From NCBI GenBank assembly GCA_000146465.1, contig CP001942.1: a stretch of 64,000 bases of DNA; one strand, 5' to 3'. Of this stretch, positions 1 through 8,789 are shown piece by piece. Every line of letters starts with the position of its first letter. Within the stretch, counting starts at the first letter, position 1. The translations under genes were made by a program, and so were the position numbers. The notes beneath the pieces were generated by a model that saw nothing but the letters and a program-made list of their open reading frames with translations, did no database searches and was not told where the DNA came from.

Positions 1-2
1 TA

Positions 3-860
3 CTGGAAAAGTGTTTTGAAGGGCCTTATGATCCGGAACGAAGATATATCATATGTATTCAAGGGCCCACCTCAAGTGGAAAAAGCACGTTTGCAAGGAG
101 ACTTCATGGGCTACTAAATAGAAACGGGATCAACACATATTTGCTTGCGTTAGACTCCTATTACTTCAAACCTATAAACCCAGACCTTGATGAAGAAGAT
201 TACGACTTTGACAATCCGGCTGCACTCGATTGGGAAAGCATCTTCTGTGTTCTGAAGAGACTAAGAGACAAAAGTCCGTTTCTTGAGCACAGAACATACT
301 CTGGATCCACCTATGGGAAGGCCTTTGTTTGGAAGGAGAAAAATTCCATGCCTAATGTTGTAATAATAGAAGGAGTTCAGGGATTCAACACGGTTTGCGA
401 TAAGATTTTCAACATCGAGATGTTTGATCCGTACCACAGTAGTAAGCCCATTGAAGACGAGTTTGTGGACAGATCCCTTGATCTGGGAGACTTCAAGATC
501 CTTAAGATCTTCATGGCAAACTGTGCCTCTAAGGTCCTTTCAGTGAGGCTTAGAAGAGATGAAATGAGGGGAAGAAAGAGAGATGCAATAATTAGAAGGT
601 TTTATTCGAAGACATTACCCAGCATGCTAAGATGGATATATTCCCCGATGTACACCGAGTTCATCAAGGTTATTCATGGAAACTTCAACAGCAAGAAGAT
701 CGAATTGCTTATGAATGAGCTAAGCCTGTATTTCTTTGGAAAAGAGATACCTACAGAAGAGACCAAGGAAATGGACCTCTATCAGGAATTTGGAGTTGAA
801 TGCACTGGGGAGTGCAGGTATGGAGAAGGGCCCTACATTTCTCTAGATGACAAGGTGTAA
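3..860 (+). CDS. Uridine/cytidine kinase (PRK/UK family), 5'-truncated by window edge
   Basis: The frame is open from nt 3 in the same frame as the 141..860 ORF. The upstream translation gives a P-loop, 'ICIQGPTSSGKSTFARRL', typical of uridine kinase. The gene continues upstream of the window. Confidence 0.7.
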   Translation: MEKCFEGPYDPERRYIICIQGPTSSGKSTFARRLHGLLNRNGINTYLLALDSYYFKPINPDLDEEDYDFDNPAALDWESIFCVLKRLRDKSPFLEHRTYSGSTYGKAFVWKEKNSMPNVVIIEGVQGFNTVCDKIFNIEMFDPYHSSKPIEDEFVDRSLDLGDFKILKIFMANCASKVLSVRLRRDEMRGRKRDAIIRRFYSKTLPSMLRWIYSPMYTEFIKVIHGNFNSKKIELLMNELSLYFFGKEIPTEETKEMDLYQEFGVECTGECRYGEGPYISLDDKV

Positions 861-886
861 GACTCGGCATCTGGAAGAGTCCCTGA

Positions 887-1330
887 TCACAGGAACAAGT
901 CTTCGTAGAAGTAGAAGAGAAGAGAGATCCCACTTAGGAACAAATATGTTATGGACCAGAAGATGAAGTGGCTTTTTTTATGGACAGCCATGAAACTGAA
1001 CATGTAGAATGCATGGAATGCAACGAAGGTCAAATTTGCAAAACTCTTGATTTCGAACTCCATGTCGAACAACGGCTTCAGGCCGAGGATGATGCATGCC
1101 AAGCTCAAGCCGTAAAGTACAACTATCATTAAAATCTTTGTGAATCCCCAATGAACTCTTTCTTCGTGACTGCTGGCATAGTCTTCTGCTGGCATTTGTT
1201 TCCTGATTTGAAAGTGTTTTATAGTTTCTCGAGTTTGAAACAGAAGGTTGTTTCTGGAAATAGAGGAAATGTTTTGGTATAAAGTTAGTTTCTTTTTAAT
1301 TGAAGGATTTGGCGGTTTTTTAGACTTCAA
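887..1330 (-). CDS. Small hypothetical multi-pass membrane protein
   Basis: A 147-aa ORF fills the gap between flanking genes. It has about three hydrophobic helices and no recognisable motif. Confidence 0.35.
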   Translation of the reverse strand: MKSKKPPNPSIKKKLTLYQNISSISRNNLLFQTRETIKHFQIRKQMPAEDYASSHEERVHWGFTKILMIVVLYGLSLACIILGLKPLFDMEFEIKSFANLTFVAFHAFYMFSFMAVHKKSHFIFWSITYLFLSGISLLFYFYEDLFL

Positions 1331-1361
1331 AGTATAAAAGGCGGCTCAGCCCCTTGAGCAG

Positions 1362-2048
1362 ATGACAAGGGGAGTTCTGAGGTTTGTGACTTCTCCGATG
1401 AACTCTGGAAAGACAACTAGTATGCTGCTGAAGGCAAGGCATGCCTCCTCCCTAGGAAGAAAGGTGCTCCTTGTGAAACCCCAGACCGATACAAGATACA
1501 AAGGATCTGTGATAAAATCACGATGTGGGACCGAGATGGAATGCAACCTGTATGTTGACTCTAAGTTTAACTTCAAGAGGGATGTTTCTTACAAGGGCGT
1601 GGACATGGTGTTTATAGATGAGGCACAGTTTCTGAGCTCTAAACAAATAGAGGAACTGAGAGAGGTTGTGGATATCTATGGAGTTTCGGTGTGGTGCTAT
1701 GGGCTTCTTACAGATTTCAAGAAGAATCTTTTTGAAGGATCGAGACGACTGGTTGAACTGTGTGACAAGATGTCTGAGTTTGACATTCTGTGTTACTTCT
1801 GTATGGAGAGCGGGAGATTCCACTTGAAGTACATTGATGGAAAGGCGGATACTTCTGGACCCTCCATCGATGTCTGCGAGGAAGGAAATGAGAAGTTTGT
1901 TTCTGTATGCCATGTTTGTTGGGTGGAGAAGACGACATCTGAGGAAGCTCGGTTTTCGAAACTCTACAATAGAAGTATTTCCGTGGACAAACAATGTGTT
2001 TCATACTCTGGACCCTCTATGAATGAATTTACAAACATGGTACCCTGA
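1362..2048 (+). CDS. Thymidine kinase
   Basis: The P-loop 'SPMNSGKTTSML' is followed by 'VFIDEAQF' and C-terminal Cys pairs ('CYFC', 'CHVC') typical of TK1-type thymidine kinase. The length of about 228 aa fits the family. Confidence 0.8.
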   Translation: MTRGVLRFVTSPMNSGKTTSMLLKARHASSLGRKVLLVKPQTDTRYKGSVIKSRCGTEMECNLYVDSKFNFKRDVSYKGVDMVFIDEAQFLSSKQIEELREVVDIYGVSVWCYGLLTDFKKNLFEGSRRLVELCDKMSEFDILCYFCMESGRFHLKYIDGKADTSGPSIDVCEEGNEKFVSVCHVCWVEKTTSEEARFSKLYNRSISVDKQCVSYSGPSMNEFTNMVP

Positions 2049-2051
2049 ACA

Positions 2052-3059
2052 ATGAAGAAGATCGTTGCTTATGGGGCCACACATTTCATCCTACTTGCTA
2101 TATACACTATGAAGGTAACTCATGGGAGCTGGACTATGTACAATATCCTTACGACTACAACACGCAACAGCACAGTGCACATCCTCCACGCCACATTTCT
2201 GATTTTCCTGATGTGTTCCTTGGCAGGCTTGGTAATAGATAGAGTGTTCAAAAGCCTCCGGCCCGAGGAGATAAGCAACTTCAACGAGTCTCTGCTCTAT
2301 TTCTTGACCGACTTTCTTCTTGTTGTATCTACGTTTGACAGCGATGTCAGTTTCAGGAATGGTCTTCTCTTTGTTATGCTCCTCTGTGTGAAGTCTCTGA
2401 ACTGGCTGCTGGTCTCAAGGATCAAAAGGAATGTCTATCCCTCCTTGTATGGGCTTGCATATGGGATATCCCTATTCTCTGGGCTTATGGTGGTTTTGTT
2501 CACCCTTTCTTGCATTTCTTCCATCACTGGCCAGATCCTCTTTCTTTTCGAATACACTCTTCTTGTGATTGCCTCTATAAAGAACATATGTGTCATGAAC
2601 TTGATTCAGTCTGATGACGATGGTAAGAGATCTCTGTACAACTTCTATATTGACATAGCCTACATGAGTATCATGCTTCTTGTTTATGCTCTATTCATAG
2701 GAATCACCTCCATCAACTACAGGCTTCCCCTGAATCTCTTCCGGTCTGCATTGACGATATTGGATGCCTTGATTTCGAAGGTTAAGATGTTTCTCAGCTA
2801 TCTCAGACTATGCAAGGAGCTTGAGAAGTGTGTAGAAGGGTCGGGAGATGGCTTCTGTGCAATCTGCAGAGATGATATGGAGGTCGGGAAAAAGCTGGCC
2901 TGTGGGCACTGCTTCCACATCGAATGCCTGAAGATGTGGTGTGAGCAGCAGCAGACATGTCCAATATGCAAGTCCAAGCTTGCCTTCGATGTCAAAAAGG
3001 AGAGTTTTGTTGTGGGAAATGAATACATCTCGGGAATTCCTGTGACAATCGACGGCTAA
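2052..3059 (+). CDS. HRD1: Multi-pass membrane RING-H2 E3 ubiquitin ligase, Hrd1/synoviolin-like
   Basis: Several N-terminal TM helices precede a C-terminal RING-H2, 'CAICRDDM...CGHCFHIECLKMWCEQQQTCPICK'. This matches the Hrd1 consensus 'W..RQQTCP.CR'. The ATG lies 3 nt after the TK stop, in the same frame. Confidence 0.6.
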   Translation: MKKIVAYGATHFILLAIYTMKVTHGSWTMYNILTTTTRNSTVHILHATFLIFLMCSLAGLVIDRVFKSLRPEEISNFNESLLYFLTDFLLVVSTFDSDVSFRNGLLFVMLLCVKSLNWLLVSRIKRNVYPSLYGLAYGISLFSGLMVVLFTLSCISSITGQILFLFEYTLLVIASIKNICVMNLIQSDDDGKRSLYNFYIDIAYMSIMLLVYALFIGITSINYRLPLNLFRSALTILDALISKVKMFLSYLRLCKELEKCVEGSGDGFCAICRDDMEVGKKLACGHCFHIECLKMWCEQQQTCPICKSKLAFDVKKESFVVGNEYISGIPVTIDG

Positions 3060-3077
3060 AAATAACAATAAAGGATT

Positions 3078-3794
3078 TTATTCTTTGGAATCTAAGGTCT
3101 TTGGCAAATTCTTTATCTCCTTGACTTTTTCTATGGTTTCACTGCCTATCTTGACCAGATGGACTCCAGAGCGTGAATCTTGAGACTTAGTCACATGATA
3201 CTTGTGCCGAACTACAACTCCGTTTCTTTCTCCCTGTATGTTAATCACTGCCTCCTTCATTCCAGAGGACAGCCTGTATAACCCAGCCTTCTTTGCTGCA
3301 GAATAGGGGAATTTGGAGGGATACACACGCCTCTCTCCAAATTCATTTGAAATCTCTTCTCCTTCGTCATTGACTTCGATGAAGTTTATCTTTGTGGTGT
3401 AGTAGTAGGACGCCTTTTTGCTCATCACTCGGAACTTATCACTCAAGTCGATGTGCTTCCTGTCCTCTTTGAACACATCCTTGTACTTCTCCAGAATCTC
3501 TTTCCATTTCCCATGCCCAAACTCCTTGATTCCTTTGATCAGTGCTTCCGACTCCTCGGGTGTCCAAGGTTTAGGTTTTCTCCTTGGATTTTTAGTATAG
3601 GTCCTTACAAAAAGGTTTTCACTAACATGCTTTTTTCTTGGAACTTTGCTGTAAATGTGCAGTTTGATTTTCGAAGATGGTCTACTGCATTCTCCGCCCT
3701 CCATTATGAGGGGCTGCAGTTCTCGGCAAATTCCATATGGATTTCGCCTGCTTAATTGCTTTACTGCTATTCTGTGGAGAATGGCTCTTTTCAT
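3078..3794 (-). CDS. Myb/SANT-domain DNA-binding protein, tandem paralogue A
   Basis: It carries a single Myb-like repeat, 'KPWTPEESEALIKGIKEFGHGKWKEILEKY'. The Myb region is clearly paralogous to that of the upstream ORF. Confidence 0.5.
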   Translation of the reverse strand: MKRAILHRIAVKQLSRRNPYGICRELQPLIMEGGECSRPSSKIKLHIYSKVPRKKHVSENLFVRTYTKNPRRKPKPWTPEESEALIKGIKEFGHGKWKEILEKYKDVFKEDRKHIDLSDKFRVMSKKASYYYTTKINFIEVNDEGEEISNEFGERRVYPSKFPYSAAKKAGLYRLSSGMKEAVINIQGERNGVVVRHKYHVTKSQDSRSGVHLVKIGSETIEKVKEIKNLPKTLDSKE

Positions 3795-3797
3795 GCC

Positions 3798-4370
3798 CTA
3801 TGGATCCATGCAGATTTCGTACGGATGCTTTCTTAGATGGTTTTTTATGGCATGTTTCCACTCATACTCCAGCACCTTATCTTCCATGTAGACTGTCGAG
3901 ATAGGATTCACTTCCACAAGCCCATCATCCAGAGAGACCTTGTACTGGTGCATCTTACTAACAGAATCGAAATGTGTGCCCACAAAGATGTCTTCCCTCT
4001 CCAGATACTCTTTTCTATTCTTCTCAACCATCCTTTTCAGCATCGGGAGAGGATCAACACAAAAGAAGTATACAATCCTTCCATTTCTGTAGATTGGCAT
4101 TCCATACATGTTGACCACAATTGCATGCTTCATATCAAACTCCCTTAAACACCTATCCTGAATGTTTTCGTAGTACTGTCTTTTTATCTCTCGTTCGTCC
4201 TTATCCGATCCAAGATATCTTCCATACTTCTCTAGTATCATAGCCCAGTTTGTGCCAAAGCAGAGTATACCGGTGTCCAGGGCGTCCAACTCGGAGTCTT
4301 TCCACTGTGGAAGAACTTTTTTTTTTGGAATGGTGTGGAAATGAGCATTCCTTTTGGAACTGTTTTCCAT
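3798..4370 (-). CDS. Myb/SANT-domain DNA-binding protein, tandem paralogue B
   Basis: The Myb-like repeat is 'WKDSELDALDTGILCFGTNWAMILEKY'. The listed ORF was trimmed to the Met at 4368-4370 because its N-terminal 50 aa ('MTGFEPV...') are an antisense read-through of the tRNA-Ser gene. Confidence 0.5.
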   Translation of the reverse strand: MENSSKRNAHFHTIPKKKVLPQWKDSELDALDTGILCFGTNWAMILEKYGRYLGSDKDEREIKRQYYENIQDRCLREFDMKHAIVVNMYGMPIYRNGRIVYFFCVDPLPMLKRMVEKNRKEYLEREDIFVGTHFDSVSKMHQYKVSLDDGLVEVNPISTVYMEDKVLEYEWKHAIKNHLRKHPYEICMDP

Positions 4371-4443
4371 GTATGCTGGGTGAAGAAGGATTTTAAAGTC
4401 TTGAAGTGATGTGGTACCTTGCTTGTGTGCAAAGGACACTTTA

Positions 4444-4525
4444 GAAGGTGTGGCCGAGTGGTTATGGCGTTGGTCTAGAAAACCAATGGGCACCGCCCTC
4501 ACAGGTTCGAATCCTGTCACCTTCG
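4444..4525 (+). tRNA. tRNA-Ser (anticodon AGA)
   Basis: A cloverleaf was folded by hand. The acceptor stem is GAAGGTG/CACCTTC and the D-arm is GCC..GGC. The anticodon stem is TTGGT/ACCAA with loop CTAGAAA, giving anticodon AGA. A long variable arm typical of Ser/Leu is present, followed by T-arm ACAGG-TTCGAAT-CCTGT and discriminator G. A T6 run follows directly. Confidence 0.85.
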
Positions 4526-4532
4526 CTTTTTT
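4526..4532 (+). terminator. Pol III-type oligo(T) terminator after tRNA-Ser
   Basis: The sequence 'CTTTTTTG' sits immediately 3' of the discriminator base. Confidence 0.4.
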
Positions 4533-4545
4533 GTTGCAAATCCCT

Positions 4546-5862
4546 ATGAAATCCCAGTGTCTTCAGCCCATGAACTGCCAAATATGCACAGGAGCCATGG
4601 ACATCTTTGCAACATACACCTGTGGCCACCAGCTATGCATGACATGCTCTGCAAGACTTGTGTTTCTATATATGCAACCAAACTGTCCTTTGTGCAGAAG
4701 GCCTTCCAAGTCTGTTGTTTTTTCATCACTCCTAACAACTGGAAAGTCTTCCAAACGGCCATGGAAGGGCAGGAAGGTTCCGGTAGATGTCTTCTACGAA
4801 GGAGACTATGCGAGAGAGAAGATGGAGGACCTTCTGTCCAACAAGTGCCAAAAGTGCTACGCCAAGCTTGGAACTTTGATGGAGCTCAAGAAACACTACA
4901 CACAGCATGGACTTGTTCTTTGCTTTGAATGCATCAAAAACAGAAAGGACTTCTGGAATGAAATCAAACTCTATAGAAGTGACACAATCCGAGACCACAA
5001 GAATGGAAGTCTTCGGGAAGAAGGATTTGAAGGACATGTGTTCTGCATTCATTGTAAAATCTATCTATTTGATTCCGACGACGCAAAGAGACACTGTAAC
5101 CTCAAGCACGAGCTGTGCCATGTTTGTGACATGACAGGAACAAAATATCAGTACTATAATGGCTTTAAGGACTTGGAAACACACTACAAAAGTGCCCATT
5201 ACTGCTGCAGCTTCCAGACATGCCAGACAAACAAGTGCTATGTATTTCCCTATCAAACAGAGCTTTTCGAGCATCTCACCAGGTTCCATGGAGTGGATAT
5301 CAGACTGCTGGAGATTCCAATGGCTGGGAAATGCAATGTTCCTGTGATGAACCCGTTCAAGAGGAGACGGCAACTTCCCCAGGTGAGTGTGGTAGATCCA
5401 AGTGGAAGAGAAGTCCGATCTCAGCTCCCTCCAGGCCCCAATGTATCTCAAAGGATGGATACTTCCAATACTGGGTCTGGGCTTCCTGGATACTTGGATA
5501 GAGCCATTTTAGAGGAAGAAAGAAGAAAACAGCAGAGGCGTAGAATGGCTATAGACCGCATATGCAAGGGGGCTGCGGATGAGGTAGAGGAAATTGTAAA
5601 CGGGTTTCTAGAGGGCTCCATGGATGTCAAGGAAGCATTCAACAAAGTGTCGGGAACAGTTGGTGATGCATTAGCACTTAAACTATTTGAGTCGGGGCAC
5701 TTTGGGCCTAAACAGAGTGTGGTAGAGGGTAGCATAAAGGCCTTGAGGAAGGAAGTCATGTTTCCAAAGTTCACCTCGGAGGAGCCTACAAGATATAAAG
5801 AGCCCGAGAAGAAAAAGAACCCTGGATTCAGAGTCATAGATCTACACCAAAGAAAGCAATAA
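4546..5862 (+). CDS. RING + multiple C2H2 zinc-finger E3 ligase, ZNF598/Hel2-like
   Basis: An N-terminal RING ('CQICTGAMD...CGHQLCMTCSARL...CPLCR') is followed by spaced C..C/H..H pairs, for example 'CQKCYAKLGTLMELKKHYTQH' and 'HCNLKHELCHVC'. This is the ZNF598/Hel2 architecture. The start was moved to the first Met downstream of the tRNA. Confidence 0.55.
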   Translation: MKSQCLQPMNCQICTGAMDIFATYTCGHQLCMTCSARLVFLYMQPNCPLCRRPSKSVVFSSLLTTGKSSKRPWKGRKVPVDVFYEGDYAREKMEDLLSNKCQKCYAKLGTLMELKKHYTQHGLVLCFECIKNRKDFWNEIKLYRSDTIRDHKNGSLREEGFEGHVFCIHCKIYLFDSDDAKRHCNLKHELCHVCDMTGTKYQYYNGFKDLETHYKSAHYCCSFQTCQTNKCYVFPYQTELFEHLTRFHGVDIRLLEIPMAGKCNVPVMNPFKRRRQLPQVSVVDPSGREVRSQLPPGPNVSQRMDTSNTGSGLPGYLDRAILEEERRKQQRRRMAIDRICKGAADEVEEIVNGFLEGSMDVKEAFNKVSGTVGDALALKLFESGHFGPKQSVVEGSIKALRKEVMFPKFTSEEPTRYKEPEKKKNPGFRVIDLHQRKQ

Positions 5863-5880
5863 AACAAGCTAAAAACATCT

Positions 5881-6537
5881 TTATTTCACTATCTTCTTAG
5901 ATATATAGAACTCCTTTGTTTTCCTATTGATGTACATCAAAGTGGCAAATATTGTAACTATCTTAAGAAGCACTATTCTGTTTATGAGCTTAAAGATGCT
6001 GTTGTACAGACTTGTGTATTCAACCTCATCCCAGTCGTCCAGCTTCTGAAGATCAAAGTTGTTTTTCGAAACATAAAGTAAATCGCTCATCTTTCTTGTC
6101 AGCCATTCCATCTGGTAGTCTGTGCCGGAAACAATTTCGGGAGTCCAGGGCCTTCCCTCATAGATAGAAAGCCCAAGTGCCAATTCTCCCGTGACATCTG
6201 TTTCCAGAGAAAATACCATTGTGTAGTATCCTGTGTCGGGGGTTGTGTAAAAGAATGTGCTGAATGTCTCATGCTTGACATCCTTGAATATAAGATTCTT
6301 TGGGTCTGGGTCTGCATTTTTGTAATCCCCTTCTGACTTGTATATGCTAAGCTTGATTCCAGCATTGATCCCCTTTGCCTCCTTCCACGGGAGACTGGGG
6401 GACGTCCTATGGAACACCTTTGCCTGCATTAGGACCACGGTCTGCCCGTTCAGTCTTAGAGCACTTTCGACCTCCTTTGTCTCGTCCAAATAGAACAAGG
6501 TTTGTGAGAAAACATGTGCCAGGAACAGGAAAAACAT
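5881..6537 (-). CDS. Type-I membrane protein with signal peptide, possibly p24/emp24-like
   Basis: A hydrophobic N-terminus ('MFFLFLAHVFS') leads into a lumenal domain of about 150 aa, a predicted coil, one C-terminal TM and a short K-rich tail ('SKKIVK'). The family assignment is weak. Confidence 0.35.
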   Translation of the reverse strand: MFFLFLAHVFSQTLFYLDETKEVESALRLNGQTVVLMQAKVFHRTSPSLPWKEAKGINAGIKLSIYKSEGDYKNADPDPKNLIFKDVKHETFSTFFYTTPDTGYYTMVFSLETDVTGELALGLSIYEGRPWTPEIVSGTDYQMEWLTRKMSDLLYVSKNNFDLQKLDDWDEVEYTSLYNSIFKLINRIVLLKIVTIFATLMYINRKTKEFYISKKIVK

Positions 6538-6623
6538 TCTCGAAGGGTTTGGGAGAGCAAGATAATATTTCAGGTCTTCAAGAAGAAGACAAATAAACAC
6601 AGTTTATTTGCAGAACAATCCCA

Positions 6624-8003
6624 TCAGGACATAAGCGACTTTCTCCAGTCCTTGGAAAGACCGTCCAGATTTCTCTCTGCCCACTTCACAGACGTGAAGG
6701 AGTCGACAGCCTTTCTGTTGATCTTATGCCTTTCAATCCTCTCCTCGACCGGCATCTCGATGGCCTTCTGGATGCCATCTGCAATCTCTTCAATATTCCA
6801 TGAATTTATCTCCAGTCCTCCACATAGAGTTGTCGAAGCCCCTGCACTCTCGCTCAGTAGGAGTACTCCATTCTTTTCGTCTTGGCATGAGACATACTCC
6901 AGGGCAACAAGATTCATCCCGTCCTTCAACGACGTCACAAGAAGCATGTCACTTACTGCATACAGGGCACACAGTTCGTTGAAGTCTACACTCTTATTGA
7001 GGAAGTACACATGCATCTCTTCAATTGATCCAACCTTACTGTTCGTTTCCGATGAAAGCTCGTTTAGTTTGGTAGTATATGAAGAATACTCTTTAACACT
7101 CGTTCTGCTGGGAACACCGACTTGAAGAAACACAACCTTACCAATAAACTCGGGATACTTTTCAAGGAATCTTTGGAATCCTTTAAGACGGTGGGGCATT
7201 CCTTTTATGTAATCAGTCCTGTCCACTCCCAGGATGATCTTCTTTCCTTGGAACATCTTTTTGAATTCCTCTATTCTTTCTATCGTCTTCTTTTCTTTCA
7301 GTGTGTCCCGGAACATTTCGGGATCTATCCCGATCGGAATTGCATCCAGCTGGGTCCTTACTTCGATGTTGTTCGCTGCACACGTGTCGTGGAAGTTTAT
7401 AGCATAATCGAACGAGTGAAATGCAACCAAATCACTGTGGGCCATTCCACTTACTATTTCCCTCCGGCATGCAAGGGTCTCCATCATCTCCGCAGGTGGA
7501 AACGGAGTATGTAGGAAGAACATGATCTTGAAGTTCTTATTTGATTTCTTTTTCAACATCTCAGGAAGTATCATCAGATGGTAGTCGTGGACCCAGACAA
7601 TGTCTCCATCCTCGATGGTTTCACATATCTTATCACAGAAGATCCTGTTGTACTCTACATATGCATTGTAGTTCTTAATGGTGAATGCAACGTCATCCTT
7701 GAAGGAGTGTAGTATAGGCCACAGGATGGCATTACAGAAACCATCATAGCAGTCGTGATTTAGTACCGGATCGATGAACACAGGAATTGAGTGGAACTTT
7801 TCCCAGCAATTTCTCCTTATTGTTTCCTTCTCCTCTTCGTCTAGCTCGGTGCCGCTTATGTTTCCAAACCACTCAAACCTAATTGTATCGTTGATGCTTT
7901 TCAGACCAGTCACCAGTCCTCCGCTTGTCCTTGTGTATTCAAATCCATTTTCTCCTTTCTTTATTGTTATCGGCAGGCGATTGCTTACAACCAGAAGTTT
8001 CAT
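6624..8003 (-). CDS. TPS1: Trehalose-6-phosphate synthase (GT20)
   Basis: The N-terminus 'MKLLVVSNRLPIT' is typical of TPS, and GT20-like blocks ('WVHDYHLMILP', 'FFLHTPFP') follow. The start was set at the internal Met, since TPS proteins begin near 'VVSNRLP'. Confidence 0.85.
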   Translation of the reverse strand: MKLLVVSNRLPITIKKGENGFEYTRTSGGLVTGLKSINDTIRFEWFGNISGTELDEEEKETIRRNCWEKFHSIPVFIDPVLNHDCYDGFCNAILWPILHSFKDDVAFTIKNYNAYVEYNRIFCDKICETIEDGDIVWVHDYHLMILPEMLKKKSNKNFKIMFFLHTPFPPAEMMETLACRREIVSGMAHSDLVAFHSFDYAINFHDTCAANNIEVRTQLDAIPIGIDPEMFRDTLKEKKTIERIEEFKKMFQGKKIILGVDRTDYIKGMPHRLKGFQRFLEKYPEFIGKVVFLQVGVPSRTSVKEYSSYTTKLNELSSETNSKVGSIEEMHVYFLNKSVDFNELCALYAVSDMLLVTSLKDGMNLVALEYVSCQDEKNGVLLLSESAGASTTLCGGLEINSWNIEEIADGIQKAIEMPVEERIERHKINRKAVDSFTSVKWAERNLDGLSKDWRKSLMS

Positions 8004-8141
8004 GCAGAGCCGACAGACTTGGTATTTATCTGGAATAAAAATAATGAAGTTTCTGACAGGCTGTCCAACCAATCGAGAGATTCCGAGAAATCAATAGAAA
8101 GACCAGGCGAGAACTTACAACGAAAGAACAAGTCAAAGGGT

Positions 8142-8708
8142 TTAATCCACCTTAAAAGGGGGCCGATTGAGTTTTCCAAGGTAACTGCCTAGGCTCATGA
8201 ACACACGATCGAATCCAACCACATATGTGAGAAGGAGCACTCCAAAGTTGGACATCACAAAGATAAGGTAAAAGAAAGTGTTCAGCATGTCCATTCCAAA
8301 AAAAGCCGTCAACGAGCAGAATGTTTGACCAACTAATCCCAGAACAAGTAGGCTGGTTGTTCTGTCATTCAAGGACTTGAATATATATGCACTGAGGAAG
8401 TTGATGAGCAGGACTAGTGCCATGTAGGTGAACCCGCGCTGGGCCTTCATCACCCTGTACTTCATCCGGTCGTTCTTGCATATCTTTGCCATCGAACGCA
8501 TCGTCTCAAGCATAAATCCAATGGTTGTTGTGGAGAATGAGAACAGAAAGCAGAACACCCCCTTAGCTTCCGACACACGCAAAAAAGAGCATGTGGAAAG
8601 ATAGTTTACTCCTGAAGGAATGATCCTGCTTTCGGAAATGGCCACAATCAACAAAAAGGAAATGTATACAGCAATCTGGCCTGCAAACAAATGTCCGAGT
8701 TGCATCAT
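8142..8708 (-). CDS. Hypothetical multi-pass membrane protein
   Basis: The 188-aa ORF has 4-5 hydrophobic helices and no recognisable motif. Confidence 0.4.
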   Translation of the reverse strand: MMQLGHLFAGQIAVYISFLLIVAISESRIIPSGVNYLSTCSFLRVSEAKGVFCFLFSFSTTTIGFMLETMRSMAKICKNDRMKYRVMKAQRGFTYMALVLLINFLSAYIFKSLNDRTTSLLVLGLVGQTFCSLTAFFGMDMLNTFFYLIFVMSNFGVLLLTYVVGFDRVFMSLGSYLGKLNRPPFKVD

Positions 8709-8789
8709 CAGGGTAACCTAGATTTTCCTCATTAGCTTGAGGATACAAAAAGACCAAAGATGTATTTTTACAGTCTGCTTTTATTTACA

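Noticed and set aside
3798-4520. Full-length 240-aa minus-strand ORF beginning 'MTGFEPVRAVPIGFLDQRHN...'
   Set aside because: Its first 50 codons are the antisense translation of the tRNA-Ser gene; 'GFEPV' is the classic T-arm artefact. The CDS was trimmed to the Met at 4368-4370.
4411-4545. N-terminal extension of the Hel2-like ORF across the tRNA
   Set aside because: It reads through the tRNA-Ser on the same strand ('VAEWLWRWSRKPMGTALTGSNPVT' is the tRNA translated). The start was moved to the Met at 4546.
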